The notes: generated from the sequence alone by a model not told the origin. Shown: positions 9,985 to 19,288, numbered from the stretch's first letter. The stretch: DNA of 64,000 nt from Candidatus Kaiserbacteria bacterium (GCA_019634005.1 JAHQWD010000003.1:67725-131724), one strand, 5' to 3'. Translations and numbers: made by a program.

Positions 9985-10299
9985 TCAGCACTCTCCCTGA
10001 GGGGGTATCTGTACCAAAACGTGGTACTCTTTTGCAAGTTGTTCCGGTAGCCGTGCATTCTTGTGGAAGTCTTTTCTTTTTCTATACGTAAAGACATTCC
10101 CTACGACTTTTCCTTCTGAGTCCACTATATTTTCACATTTCTCGAGTGTGACAAGTGGGTGTTCTGAGAAAGAAAAAATACAGAGCCAAAGAGAAGTCTC
10201 TTCAACAGTTAGATCACATTCTCTTGCAAGTGTGCCGGCAGTGAATGTTTCAGTGTCTCGCACAGTCTCTAAAAGTCGCCTGTGGTTATAGATGTTCAT
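9985..10299 (-). CDS. Hypothetical protein (104 aa)
   Basis: Strong SD GGAGGATGAA before the ATG. No motif recognised. Confidence 0.5.
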   Translation of the reverse strand: MNIYNHRRLLETVRDTETFTAGTLARECDLTVEETSLWLCIFSFSEHPLVTLEKCENIVDSEGKVVGNVFTYRKRKDFHKNARLPEQLAKEYHVLVQIPPQGEC

Positions 10300-10355
10300 T
10301 TCATCCTCCTATATCTGTACCCATTATTCATATTTTTAGGATTTTTTCAATTCAG

Positions 10356-10383
10356 TTGACTTCACGAGGAAACATAGTAGTAT
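10356..10383 (+). promoter_or_regulatory. Candidate sigma-70-like promoter TTGACT-16 nt-TAGTAT for a plus-strand ncRNA
   Basis: Hexamers read by eye with 16-nt spacing. No protein gene lies downstream on this strand before the terminator at about 10615. Confidence 0.25.
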
Positions 10384-10400
10384 CTTTTTGGACTTCAGGA

Positions 10401-10451
10401 GGCGTAGACGGGTATCCTTTCGGGGAGAGAGTTCGATTCTCTCGTACGTCT
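10401..10451 (+). ncRNA. tRNA-like minihelix (acceptor stem plus perfect T-arm, no anticodon arm) at the 5' end of a putative ~225-nt ncRNA
   Basis: T-arm gagag-TTCGATT-ctctc at 10427-10443. The 3' acceptor strand gtacgtc (10444-10450) pairs 6/7 with ggcgtag (10401-10407). A 19-nt linker sits where the D region would be. No G3:U70 pair, no CCA. Confidence 0.3.
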
Positions 10452-10584
10452 TTACACGGATGCAAAGGATTCATAGATGCTAAGCATAGATAGGAGGCAT
10501 TGAAACTTCAGTTCTGGCTGAGGTGGAGCCGTCAGTGAGATACTATCCCCTAGAGTAATCTTTTCTTCTCGTACCCTGAACCAA

Positions 10585-10619
10585 CCCCTTCTCGACGCAA
10601 GTTGAGAAGGGGTTTCTTT
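10585..10619 (+). terminator. Intrinsic terminator (ccccttctc/gagaagggg 9-bp stem plus TTTCTTT) ending the putative plus-strand ncRNA
   Basis: Seen in sequence. Confidence 0.45.
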
Positions 10620-10620
10620 A

Positions 10621-10652
10621 TAAAACCACCCAGCGCACGCTGGGTGGTTTTA
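10621..10652 (-). terminator. Bidirectional terminator (ccacccagcg/cgctgggtgg stem flanked by AAAA/TTTT) downstream of rpsA
   Basis: Perfect 8-10-bp inverted repeat with flanking A-run and T-run. Confidence 0.55.
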
Positions 10653-10663
10653 TAAAGAGGGAA

Positions 10664-11845
10664 CTAATCCTTCTTAAATGCCAGTGTCATCTTCTGTTCA
10701 TTTGGCTCAAAGAGCGTAATGGTGAACGGATAACTCTGTCCAAGTGAGAGGGTGTTCTTAAGGTCCTCCTCACTCTCAAATTCGGAGATGTGTACGAGAC
10801 CCGCAACACCTTCCTCGATAGACACAAGCGCACCGTGCTTGTTGTATTTAATAACTGCACCGTTAACCTCTTGGTCCTTCTTGTATTTCTTCGCTGCGCC
10901 AACCCATGGGTTTTCACGAAGCTGCTTGATTGAGAGTGAAATCTTGTCATCCTTCACTTCAATAACTTTCACCTGCACCTTGTCTCCAACTTTAAAGCGA
11001 GATCGTGTGTCTTCTACGAGACCCCAATCAAGTTCAGAGATATGTACGAGTCCTTCAAGTCCTTCCTCAAGTTTGACGAAGATACCGAAGTCCACTGCGC
11101 CAGTCACTTCTCCATCGAGCACATCACCAACTTCGTACTTGCTGACCTTTTCTTCCTTCTCTTCTTTCTCCTGAGGTCCCTTCTCTGAGAAGATAAGCTT
11201 TCCTTCGTTCTGGTCTGCGGTGATGATAATCACTGAAAGGAATGTACCAACAAGATTCTGAAGCTCTCCGAGGATACGATCCTTATCTCCATCTTCAACA
11301 CGTGGATAGTGCTCTGATGAAAGTTGTGATGCTGGAAGGAATCCCTGGATACCCTGCCAATCAAGGATAAGACCACCCTTGTTTGCTTCTTTCACTTCAA
11401 GTGAGAGCACCTTCTTCTGCTTCACTGCCTCTTCTGCGTCACTCCAGATAAGTGCCTGGCGTGCCTCACGGAGTGAGAGCTCGATGTAGCCATCTTCGTT
11501 TGATGCATCGACTACCTTTGCAGCGATTGCATCTCCGACAGATACCTTGCGAAGGATATCACGCGCATTCATGTACTCTCGTCCGTAGATGATTCCAGAA
11601 CCAAATGGTGGAAGATCTATAAAGACACGCGCACGTCCAAGCGCTGATACCGTTCCTTCAATAATTTCACCTTCCTGAGGGGGAAGGGGACTTTCTGCAA
11701 CAAATGCCTCCATGGTACCTGGCTTTGCATCTACCGCAGGGGCTTTTTTCTCTTTCTTGGGCATTTCTGCACCAAGTTCTTCTGCTTTTCCTCCAGAAAC
11801 AGCAGAAACAATTCGGTCTAATACCGATGCTTTTTCTTCTGACAT
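10664..11845 (-). CDS. rpsA: 30S ribosomal protein S1 (short, about four S1 domains)
   Basis: Repeated S1-domain signatures (GxV..I...G.FV.L..g..GL.HISE), for example GEIIEGTV...GIIYGREY and GDVLDGEVTGAVDFGIFVKL...GLVHISEL. Confidence 0.85.
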   Translation of the reverse strand: MSEEKASVLDRIVSAVSGGKAEELGAEMPKKEKKAPAVDAKPGTMEAFVAESPLPPQEGEIIEGTVSALGRARVFIDLPPFGSGIIYGREYMNARDILRKVSVGDAIAAKVVDASNEDGYIELSLREARQALIWSDAEEAVKQKKVLSLEVKEANKGGLILDWQGIQGFLPASQLSSEHYPRVEDGDKDRILGELQNLVGTFLSVIIITADQNEGKLIFSEKGPQEKEEKEEKVSKYEVGDVLDGEVTGAVDFGIFVKLEEGLEGLVHISELDWGLVEDTRSRFKVGDKVQVKVIEVKDDKISLSIKQLRENPWVGAAKKYKKDQEVNGAVIKYNKHGALVSIEEGVAGLVHISEFESEEDLKNTLSLGQSYPFTITLFEPNEQKMTLAFKKD

Positions 11846-12041
11846 ATAATGTTATTTCCGACGATACGTATTCGTACAACTGTGTCTCATGGCCGTGTCC
11901 GTGAGTACGAGGTTACGCGTATGCCGTTAGAACTAATAAACCTTAGTAGGCGAAGAGAGTATAGTATAAAAGCTATATATTGTCTATAAAAAAAGCCAAG
12001 ACGAAATGTCTGGGCTTGACGCAAAGAGGAACAGTTGGAAT

Positions 12042-12175
12042 GACCCGACCGTGGTTCGTGCGGAAGGCGCACAGGGGGTGGGGTGAAGGGCCTTCGCGAA
12101 CCTACGGTCGGGTCTAGCAGGAATCGTCACGGGTGTGTCGAGGTGGGTAACGATTCCTAACTGATCGGTATCCTA
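12042..12175. ncRNA. Highly structured RNA element of unknown class in a 450-nt intergenic region
   Basis: A 19-bp near-perfect helix: gacccgaccgtggttcgtg (12042-12060) pairs with cgcgaacctacggtcgggtc (12095-12114), with only two GU wobbles. A second 8-bp helix aggaatcg/cgattcct (12119-12126 / 12151-12158) follows. The enclosed loops are GC-rich. Strand unresolved. Confidence 0.3.
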
Positions 12176-12297
12176 CAGGGCTCCTCTTCCTTTGTCAACA
12201 GAAACAAAGATTGGACTCAAGACTATTTATAGAGCATACAAAGCATCTATTGCTGTCAACATACAGATACGCATACTTCTGATATACTCTAGTCCAT

Positions 12298-12921
12298 ATG
12301 GTAATCACACATCACGGTGGGCAGAGTTTTAAAGTCTCATTTGGAGACACAACACTCGCCTTCGATCCAACATCAAAAGCGTCAAAGACGTTTGATGTAG
12401 CTAAGTTTGGTGCAGATGTTGCACTTATCTCAATGAATCATCCAGATTTCAATGGGGTGCAAGAAGTGACGTATGGGAGCAAGGAGCCGTTTGTCGTATC
12501 GGGTCCTGGAGAATATGAGGTAGGAGATGTGACTGTGCGTGGATACGGAGTTGAGACAATCTATGATAAGGAAAAGCATTTCAATACCATTTATCAAGTG
12601 ATGCTCGAGGGCATGAATCTTGTATTCTTGGGAGCACTTGGGGATGCAGCCATTGATCCAAAGATACTTTCAGAATTTGGTGATATAGATGTCCTCTTTG
12701 TTCCTGTCGGAGGTGGGGACGTTGTTGATGTTCCCGCAGCTTCGAAATTGGCAACAAAGCTTGAGGCGAAGGTCATTATCCCGATGCATTATGACAAGAA
12801 AGCGCTTGATGCATTCCTTAAAGAAGAGGGCAGCAAGAATGGAAAGCCGCAGGAGAAACTGACACTGAAACGGAAAGATCTCAGCACACTCTCGGGAGAG
12901 ATTGTTGTCCTTGCACAATAG
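12298..12921 (+). CDS. MBL-fold metallo-hydrolase (about 207 aa)
   Basis: HHGGQSF at the N-terminus, followed by a histidine/aspartate pattern typical of the small metallo-beta-lactamase fold. Confidence 0.7.
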   Translation: MVITHHGGQSFKVSFGDTTLAFDPTSKASKTFDVAKFGADVALISMNHPDFNGVQEVTYGSKEPFVVSGPGEYEVGDVTVRGYGVETIYDKEKHFNTIYQVMLEGMNLVFLGALGDAAIDPKILSEFGDIDVLFVPVGGGDVVDVPAASKLATKLEAKVIIPMHYDKKALDAFLKEEGSKNGKPQEKLTLKRKDLSTLSGEIVVLAQ

Positions 12922-12935
12922 GGTACAATAGGAGC

Positions 12936-13331
12936 ATGTCATTACTCCAACATGTACGAGAGCGGTCTGATGGAACAAAAAGACATATCGCAACGGCGAT
13001 CGCAGGAACAATAACTGCACTCGTTGCGATCGTATGGATATCAGCACTCCCTGCTCGTCTACAGACCGTCGCTGAGGCACCTGAACAAGAGGTGATACCA
13101 ATAGAACAATCTGGAACATCATTTTCAGATCTTGTATCTGATGTACGGAGTCAGGTGGGTGCAGTCACCAAGGCAATCCCCGATCAAGATCCTGTAGAAG
13201 AGGTTCCTGCAACCCCTTCGTCGGTGCGTATAAAGACGATCGCACCTACTGAAGAGAAGAAAACTACCTCATCAAATCGTGTTGTTCGCATTGCAACAAC
13301 CTCACCAGAGGTGGTGGAGAATGAGGAATAA
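12936..13331 (+). CDS. Hypothetical membrane-anchored protein
   Basis: One TM segment (IATAIAGTITALVAIVWISAL), then a Pro/Glu/Thr-rich low-complexity tail. Confidence 0.4.
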   Translation: MSLLQHVRERSDGTKRHIATAIAGTITALVAIVWISALPARLQTVAEAPEQEVIPIEQSGTSFSDLVSDVRSQVGAVTKAIPDQDPVEEVPATPSSVRIKTIAPTEEKKTTSSNRVVRIATTSPEVVENEE

Positions 13332-13352
13332 TTTGCTATACTTGAGCACACT

Positions 13353-15815
13353 ATGCCGAAGAAAAAGAAAGTAGAAACTCCAGAACGGGTCAGTATCGCA
13401 CCGCAGAATATTACTGAAGAAATGCGTGCGGCGTATCTCGATTACGCGATGAGCGTGATTACCTCCCGCGCGCTCCCTGATGTACGCGATGGGTTAAAGC
13501 CAGTACATAGACGTATTCTCTACTCCATGCGTCTTAATGGACTCACGTCTACTGCACGTTTCAAGAAATCTGCGACAGTAGTGGGAGACGTACTTGGTAG
13601 TTTCCATCCACACGGTGACACCTCTGTGTACGATGCGATGGTGAAGATGGCGCAGAATTTCAGCATGCGTTATCCGCTTGTCATTGGACAGGGTAACTTT
13701 GGTTCTATCGATGGAGATGGTGCTGCGGCGTATCGATACACTGAGGCAAAGATGTCGAAACTTTCTGAAGAAATGCTTCGAGACCTCGAGAAAGACACCG
13801 TCAACTGGCGTCCAAACTTTGATGGCACCAAGAAAGAGCCTGAAGTACTTCCGTCAGGAGCACCAGGACTTCTTCTTAATGGAACGCTTGGTATTGCGGT
13901 CGGTATGGCGACCAATATTCCACCGCACAACCTTGGTGAGGTGAACGATGCAATCGAGCATCTGATTGATAATCCGAAAGCATCGACCGACGATCTCCTT
14001 CAGTTTATTAAAGGTCCAGATTTCCCCGTGGGAGCGGTTGCCTTCAACCAAAAAGATATTGCGCATGCCTACGCAAACGGAAAGGGTGGTGTTGTTGTGC
14101 GTGGTGAGGCGGAGATCACGGAGGATAAAAAGGGAGCCTTCTCTATTGTGATCACCTCACTTCCGTTCCGTGTGAATAAGGCGGACATGCTTGTGAAGAT
14201 GGCGGATTTGGTGCGAGACAAGAAGGTGGAAGGAATTAAAGATCTTCGTGATGAGTCCACCGATGATATCCGTGTAGTGATTGAGCTTAAAGGAACAGCA
14301 AACCCACAGACGGTGCTGAACAAGCTCTACAAGCACACGCAACTTGAGGAGACTTTCCACTACAACATGGTGGCACTTGTTGATGGTGTACCACAGACAC
14401 TTTCTCTGAAGGCAATTCTTGAAGAATACATCAAGCACCGTGAGGATGTGGTAAAGCGTCGTACACAATTTGATTTGAATAAGGCGCAGGACCGAGAACA
14501 CATTCTTCTTGGTCTGAAGAAGGCGCTCGACCATATTGATAAGATCATTAAACTGATCCGCGCTGCAAAGGATGTGCCGACCGCACATGCGCAGTTAATG
14601 AAGACCTTTAAGTTCTCTGAAGTGCAAGCACAGGCCATTCTCGATATGCGCCTCCAGAAACTTGCGGGACTTGAGCGCAAGAAGATTGAGGATGAGCTCA
14701 AGGAGATTCAGAAACTTATCAAGGAGCTTGAGGCTATTTTGAAGAGTCGTGCAAAGCGTCTGACACTCATTAAGAATGAACTCAGAGAGATTACTGAGAA
14801 GTTTGGAGACGAACGTCGTACCAAGATTGTGAAAGGTGGCGTGAAGGAACTAAAGGCAGAAGATCTTGTGGCTGATGAGGAGAGTGTGCTCGTACTCACA
14901 AAGGGTGGATATGTAAAGCGTACCAATCCTAACGAGTACAAGACACAGAAGCGTGGTGGTGTCGGGGTTATCGACCTTAATACAAAGGAAGAAGATGTGG
15001 TAACCACACTCCTTACTACTTCGTCACATAGCGACCTCCTTTTCTTCACTGACAAAGGAAAGGTCTATCAGACAAAGATGTATGAGATTCCTGAGGGTCG
15101 TCGAGCAACGAAGGGGAAGAGTATTATGAACTTCCTTTCACTGACTGCAGAAGAGCATGTCACCTCTGTACTTGCGGTTCGCAAAGATGACTGGGAGGGG
15201 GACTGGGGACTCTTAATGGTGACCAAAAATGGTGTCGTGAAAAAGTCTGATGCAAGTGCCTTCAAAGACGTACGCCGCAGTGGACTCATTGCTATTAATC
15301 TGAAGGATGGTGATTCGCTGGTATCTGCACGATTTGTTGGTAAGGGAGATGAAGTAATGCTCGTATCCCGCGAAGGACAAGCAATCCGTTTTAAGGAGAC
15401 CGATGTACGTCAGATGGGACGTACTGCAACAGGTGTTGCGGGAATGAAACTAAAGGGAGATGATCGAGTCATCACCGCTGACGTCATTAAAAAGGGAGAA
15501 ACGGGACGAGAGGTGCTCGTGGTCTCTGCAAATGGATTTGGAAAGACGACAGAAGCAAAAGAGTACAAAGTACAGAAGCGTGGTGGGTCAGGCATCAAGA
15601 CCGCAAAGCTTTCCGAGAAGACTGGAAAACTCATTGGTGCAGCCATTATTCGTGAAGAAGAGAAGGAGGAGGGAGGACTTGTCATTATGAGCAAGAAAGG
15701 GCAGGTGATTAAGCTTCCACTGAAGGATGTGCCAGCACTTGGACGTCAGACACAGGGAGTGAAGGTGATGAAACTTCGTGCTGGGGACTCTATTGCATCA
15801 GTGGTATACCTCTAG
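13353..15815 (+). CDS. gyrA: DNA gyrase subunit A
   Basis: Active-site region [11 protein letters not shown] (catalytic Tyr), QRD-like region, and a C-terminal beta-pinwheel with repeated GxG motifs. 820 aa. Confidence 0.93.
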   Translation: MPKKKKVETPERVSIAPQNITEEMRAAYLDYAMSVITSRALPDVRDGLKPVHRRILYSMRLNGLTSTARFKKSATVVGDVLGSFHPHGDTSVYDAMVKMAQNFSMRYPLVIGQGNFGSIDGDGAAAYRYTEAKMSKLSEEMLRDLEKDTVNWRPNFDGTKKEPEVLPSGAPGLLLNGTLGIAVGMATNIPPHNLGEVNDAIEHLIDNPKASTDDLLQFIKGPDFPVGAVAFNQKDIAHAYANGKGGVVVRGEAEITEDKKGAFSIVITSLPFRVNKADMLVKMADLVRDKKVEGIKDLRDESTDDIRVVIELKGTANPQTVLNKLYKHTQLEETFHYNMVALVDGVPQTLSLKAILEEYIKHREDVVKRRTQFDLNKAQDREHILLGLKKALDHIDKIIKLIRAAKDVPTAHAQLMKTFKFSEVQAQAILDMRLQKLAGLERKKIEDELKEIQKLIKELEAILKSRAKRLTLIKNELREITEKFGDERRTKIVKGGVKELKAEDLVADEESVLVLTKGGYVKRTNPNEYKTQKRGGVGVIDLNTKEEDVVTTLLTTSSHSDLLFFTDKGKVYQTKMYEIPEGRRATKGKSIMNFLSLTAEEHVTSVLAVRKDDWEGDWGLLMVTKNGVVKKSDASAFKDVRRSGLIAINLKDGDSLVSARFVGKGDEVMLVSREGQAIRFKETDVRQMGRTATGVAGMKLKGDDRVITADVIKKGETGREVLVVSANGFGKTTEAKEYKVQKRGGSGIKTAKLSEKTGKLIGAAIIREEEKEEGGLVIMSKKGQVIKLPLKDVPALGRQTQGVKVMKLRAGDSIASVVYL

Positions 15816-15830
15816 GGTATAATACGAAGG

Positions 15831-16382
15831 ATGGTTGTCATTCCCACAAAGACACGTTTTGTCCACCCTGACATTATCTGCTCACACTTTCATCTTCGAG
15901 AAGGTGATATTGTTGCGGATCTCGGAGCGGGAGTAGGCTTCTTCACACCCGCACTCTCACGGGCAGTTGGGGCATCCGGCCGAGTGTACGCATGTGAAAT
16001 CCAGAAGAATCTCCTTGAGAGACTGGGTGTTGAGGCGCGCGACCATCGGCTTCCAAATGTCGAACTTCTTTGGTGTGATCTGGAGAAGGAGGGAGGGACG
16101 GAGCTCGCTGATGGGATTATTGATACAGGTGTTATGATAAACACGTTTTTCCAGTTGGAAGATAAAAAGACTGCGATCAAAGAGATGGCACGCATTATAC
16201 GAAAGGGAGGGAAGTTGTTTCTTGTAGACTGGTCAGAGAGTTTTGATGGACTTGGTCCTCGTTCGGATCTTGTGGTACAGGAATCCGAGGCAAGGCGACT
16301 TTTTGAAGAAGGAGGTTTCCGCTTCAAACGGAATTTTCCCGCAGGGGAACATCATTATGGGTTAGCGTTTTGGCGAGATTGA
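15831..16382 (+). CDS. Class I SAM-dependent methyltransferase
   Basis: Motif I ADLGAGVGFF and an acidic motif II. Confidence 0.65.
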   Translation: MVVIPTKTRFVHPDIICSHFHLREGDIVADLGAGVGFFTPALSRAVGASGRVYACEIQKNLLERLGVEARDHRLPNVELLWCDLEKEGGTELADGIIDTGVMINTFFQLEDKKTAIKEMARIIRKGGKLFLVDWSESFDGLGPRSDLVVQESEARRLFEEGGFRFKRNFPAGEHHYGLAFWRD

Positions 16383-16385
16383 CCT

Positions 16386-17687
16386 ATGAATAATATACGA
16401 CCATTCCAGATTATCTTACTCGGTGTTTTCGGCCTTTTTGCTGTTTTCGGCCTTATATATTTTGGATTGTACAAGGGATCAGGAAGTGGAGACCCTGCAT
16501 ACGCAGGAGGTGTTGAGATATGGGGGACAGTTGATGGAGGAGCGGTACGCAGCGTTATTGAGGGGCTGACGAGTACTGTTGAAGGATTTGGCCAGGTGCG
16601 ATACATAGAGAAGGATCCTCAGAGTTTTAATTTAGAACTCCTGAATGCTATTGCAGAAGGGAGAGCTCCCGATCTTATTGTGCTTGCAAGTGATCAGATG
16701 CTTACACATCGTGCAAAGCTCTTTACGATGCCGTATGAGACGCTCTCAGAACGTACCTACAGAGATATCTATGTAGATGGTACAGACATATTCCTCTTTC
16801 CAGACGGTATTTATGGATTGCCGTTTGCAGTAGATCTACTTGTCATGTACTGGAATCGTGACATGTTTGCTTCATTTGGGATCCCAAATGCACCGAGAAC
16901 ATGGGAAACTCTTGTGAGCGAGGTGGTGCCAAAATTGACGCGTGTAGGGAGTGATCTTACGATCTCTCAGAGTGCAATTGCGTTTGGGGAGTATGCAAAC
17001 GTCTCTCATGCAAAAGAGATTCTTTCAATGCTCTTTCTTCAGTCTGGAACAAATATTGTGGAAGAGAAGAGCGGCTCCTATACTGTGACGATTGGAGAAC
17101 GAAATGAACAAGGACTTCCTCCAGCTACGGCAGCCCTTTCGTTCTACACACAATTTGCGCTTCCAACAAGCGCAACGTATTCATGGAATAGAGCGTTTGC
17201 TTCTGATCGAGCCGCCTTTACTGGAGGGGTTCTTGGTACGTATTTTGGCTTTGGCAGTGAGTACGATTCTATAGAACGTGCAAATCCTAACCTTAATCTC
17301 GATATTCAATCAGTACCACAGGGTGTGACAGCAAATACATATCGTGGGTACGGTATCTTCTATGCATTCTCCATACCGCGTGCGGCTGGAAATCCCGAAG
17401 GAGCGTACGCGGCGATGCAGGTGTTAACCGAACAAACCACTGCAAACAAATTGGCACAGGCATTGCGCATGGCTCCAGTGCATCGTGCGACTATCGCGGC
17501 AGGAACGACAGATGTAAATGATCAAGTGCTCTATCAAGCGGCGCTTATCTCTCATGGGTGGCTTGATCCAGATAGTGTGGGGAGCACAGAGGTCTTTAGA
17601 CTTATGGTGGAAGATGTCACCTCTGGGAGATCACGGGTGAGTGATGCTGTGGAGGACGCCATTGCTCGATTACGATTATTATTCTAG
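16386..17687 (+). CDS. Membrane-anchored extracellular solute-binding protein-like (SBP family 1-like)
   Basis: N-terminal TM anchor. Has the motif cluster DLIVLASDQ...DLLVMYWNRDMF...P.TWE typical of MalE-like binding proteins. Confidence 0.45.
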   Translation: MNNIRPFQIILLGVFGLFAVFGLIYFGLYKGSGSGDPAYAGGVEIWGTVDGGAVRSVIEGLTSTVEGFGQVRYIEKDPQSFNLELLNAIAEGRAPDLIVLASDQMLTHRAKLFTMPYETLSERTYRDIYVDGTDIFLFPDGIYGLPFAVDLLVMYWNRDMFASFGIPNAPRTWETLVSEVVPKLTRVGSDLTISQSAIAFGEYANVSHAKEILSMLFLQSGTNIVEEKSGSYTVTIGERNEQGLPPATAALSFYTQFALPTSATYSWNRAFASDRAAFTGGVLGTYFGFGSEYDSIERANPNLNLDIQSVPQGVTANTYRGYGIFYAFSIPRAAGNPEGAYAAMQVLTEQTTANKLAQALRMAPVHRATIAAGTTDVNDQVLYQAALISHGWLDPDSVGSTEVFRLMVEDVTSGRSRVSDAVEDAIARLRLLF

Positions 17688-17690
17688 GGT

Positions 17691-18218
17691 ATGCATATGA
17701 AACAAATTGGATTTTGGACAGTACTACTTACGGTTTTCTTTCTAGCACCGCAAGTTTCTTTTGCGCAGAGTTGGCTCACTGAAGATGAGAATCCGCCATT
17801 CACACGTTTTGAGAACCAAGAATCTGGTGATACTTCAGGAACAACGGTAGGTGGAAATCCTCCTGCTTCGGGTGAGGGCACCACAGTAGGTGGGAATCCT
17901 TCTGCTACAGGTGATGGTACTACAGTAGGTGGAAATCCTTCTGGTCAACCAGGTCGATTGTCAAACCCGCTTGGTGATGATACGAACTCTCTTCCAAAAT
18001 TCCTTGAATCCATTCTTGATATTATCCTTGTATTTGCCGTACCTGTCATTGTCTTCTTCATTATTTACGGTGGATTTCAGTTGGTAACAGCACGAGGGAA
18101 TGAGACGAAAATTAGTAATGCTCGGGCAACCATTACTTGGGCGGTTGTCGGTGGAGTCATCATTCTTGCTGCAGAACTCATTCTCAGTGTTATTGTAGCA
18201 ACTATAAATGCCTTGTAA
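17691..18218 (+). CDS. VirB2/TrbC-like mini-pilin paralog 1, with 3x G-T-T-V-G-G-N-P repeats
   Basis: Signal peptide (AQVSFA|QS), a repeat-bearing spacer, then two hydrophobic helices separated by a short basic loop (VFFIIYGGFQLVTARGNETK...), which is the VirB2/TrbC topology. Confidence 0.45.
   Translation: MHMKQIGFWTVLLTVFFLAPQVSFAQSWLTEDENPPFTRFENQESGDTSGTTVGGNPPASGEGTTVGGNPSATGDGTTVGGNPSGQPGRLSNPLGDDTNSLPKFLESILDIILVFAVPVIVFFIIYGGFQLVTARGNETKISNARATITWAVVGGVIILAAELILSVIVATINAL
17835..17950 (+). repeat. Tandem approx. 45-bp repeats (3 copies) encoding GTTVGGNP(S/P)A(S/T)G(E/D)
   Basis: Seen in sequence inside CDS 17691..18218. Confidence 0.6.
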
Positions 18219-18540
18219 TATGCGATATCTTCTTCTCTTTCTTCTCCCGACCTTTGCATACGCTGCGACATTTAAAGATATTGTCGGGGAAATTCTTGAG
18301 TTTAACCAATTACTTGTCGTCGTTATCTTTACGTTGGCATTTATTGTAACCATTTGGAAGATTGTCGATACGTGGATCATTCACTCGGGGGATCCAGAAT
18401 CAATCAAAAAAGGAAAAAAGACAATCATTATTGCAATTATCGTGCTCGTTATTATGTCAGGGTTATGGGGGATTCTTGAACTACTCACGAGCAGTTTCTT
18501 CTCGGCTGTTTCGGTGAACAATAGCTCTATTTCTATCTAA
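18208..18540 (+). CDS. VirB2/TrbC-like mini-pilin paralog 2
   Basis: Signal peptide, then two hydrophobic helices with a basic loop (HSGDPESIKKGKK). Start is probably the second Met at 18220. Confidence 0.45.
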   Translation: MPCNMRYLLLFLLPTFAYAATFKDIVGEILEFNQLLVVVIFTLAFIVTIWKIVDTWIIHSGDPESIKKGKKTIIIAIIVLVIMSGLWGILELLTSSFFSAVSVNNSSISI

Positions 18541-18623
18541 TCCACAGACCACTCGTCAATAGAGGGTATTTTAGGTACAATAGGGATACTGAACAACAGT
18601 TAGTTATAGGTATAAATAAATAT

Positions 18624-18986
18624 ATGAAATCTTTAGTCAAAATATTTTCCTTCTTGTTGGTGATTGCACCGGTGGTTGCGCAGGCACAGTTTGGAGGGAT
18701 AGACACATTTATCGGGAGAATAATCGAATTTATCGACACAACTCTCGTTCCTCTTGTGTTCGCTCTTGCGTTTATCGTATTCCTTTGGGGAGTCTTTACG
18801 TACTTCATTCGTGGTGGTAATGATCCTGAAAAACAAAAAGAGGGAAAGAACCTCATGCTCTACGGAATTGTTGGTTTTGTAATCATGGTTTCTGTGTGGG
18901 GTATTGTAAACCTTATTGCTAATGGTCTTGGGTATACTACCGAGCAAATCTACGTACTTCCTGACGCACCGTACACAAATCCGTAG
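18624..18986 (+). CDS. VirB2/TrbC-like mini-pilin paralog 3
   Basis: Signal peptide VVAQA|QF. Core FLWGVFTYFIRGGNDPEKQKEGKNLMLYGIVGFVIMVSVWGIV. Confidence 0.5.
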   Translation: MKSLVKIFSFLLVIAPVVAQAQFGGIDTFIGRIIEFIDTTLVPLVFALAFIVFLWGVFTYFIRGGNDPEKQKEGKNLMLYGIVGFVIMVSVWGIVNLIANGLGYTTEQIYVLPDAPYTNP

Positions 18987-19006
18987 TAATTGTTCTAATC
19001 GTTAGC

Positions 19007-19288
19007 ATGATTGCTTATGCACAAAGTGCAGAGGTACTTGCTCGTTCAGCGCTCGACCGCTTGAACGATGCGATACTCTTCCCGCTGATAACATTGCTCA
19101 CCTCTGTCGCAATTGTCATATTCCTCTGGGGCGCTTTTGAGTTCATTTCAAAAGCGGAGAGTGATGAGGCACACACAAACGGAAAGCGGCATATGCTGTG
19201 GGGTATCATTGGACTGTTTGTGATGCTCACTGCATATACAATCCTTCGTCTTGCTGCGAATACGGTCGGTGCACCAGTGCCGTCCTAG
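19007..19288 (+). CDS. VirB2/TrbC-like mini-pilin paralog 4
   Basis: Core FLWGAFEFISKAESDEAHTNGKRHMLWGIIGLFVMLTAY, the same architecture as paralog 3. Confidence 0.45.
   Translation: MIAYAQSAEVLARSALDRLNDAILFPLITLLTSVAIVIFLWGAFEFISKAESDEAHTNGKRHMLWGIIGLFVMLTAYTILRLAANTVGAPVPS

Noticed and set aside
10401-10451. Interpretation of the tRNA-like element as a canonical one-piece or permuted tmRNA (ssrA)
   Set aside because: The problems for a canonical tmRNA are:
- no G3:U70 alanine identity pair;
- the 5' acceptor partner is only 20 nt upstream rather than about 300 nt;
- no complementary acceptor strand downstream, as the permuted form would need;
- no obvious ...AA-stop tag frame.
The element is kept as an unclassified tRNA-like ncRNA candidate.
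12000-12240. RNase P RNA or SRP (4.5S) RNA assignment for the structured intergenic element
   Set aside because: I could not find the P4 / CR-I (GGAAAGUCCGGGC) or CR-V (ACAGAANCCGGCUUA) RNase P motifs on either strand. I also could not find the SRP domain-IV GNRA/AGCAG arrangement. The element is left as unknown.
13670-15694. Multiple 70-145-aa ORFs on both strands inside gyrA
   Set aside because: All lie within the unambiguous 820-aa gyrA frame. Compositionally they are shadows.
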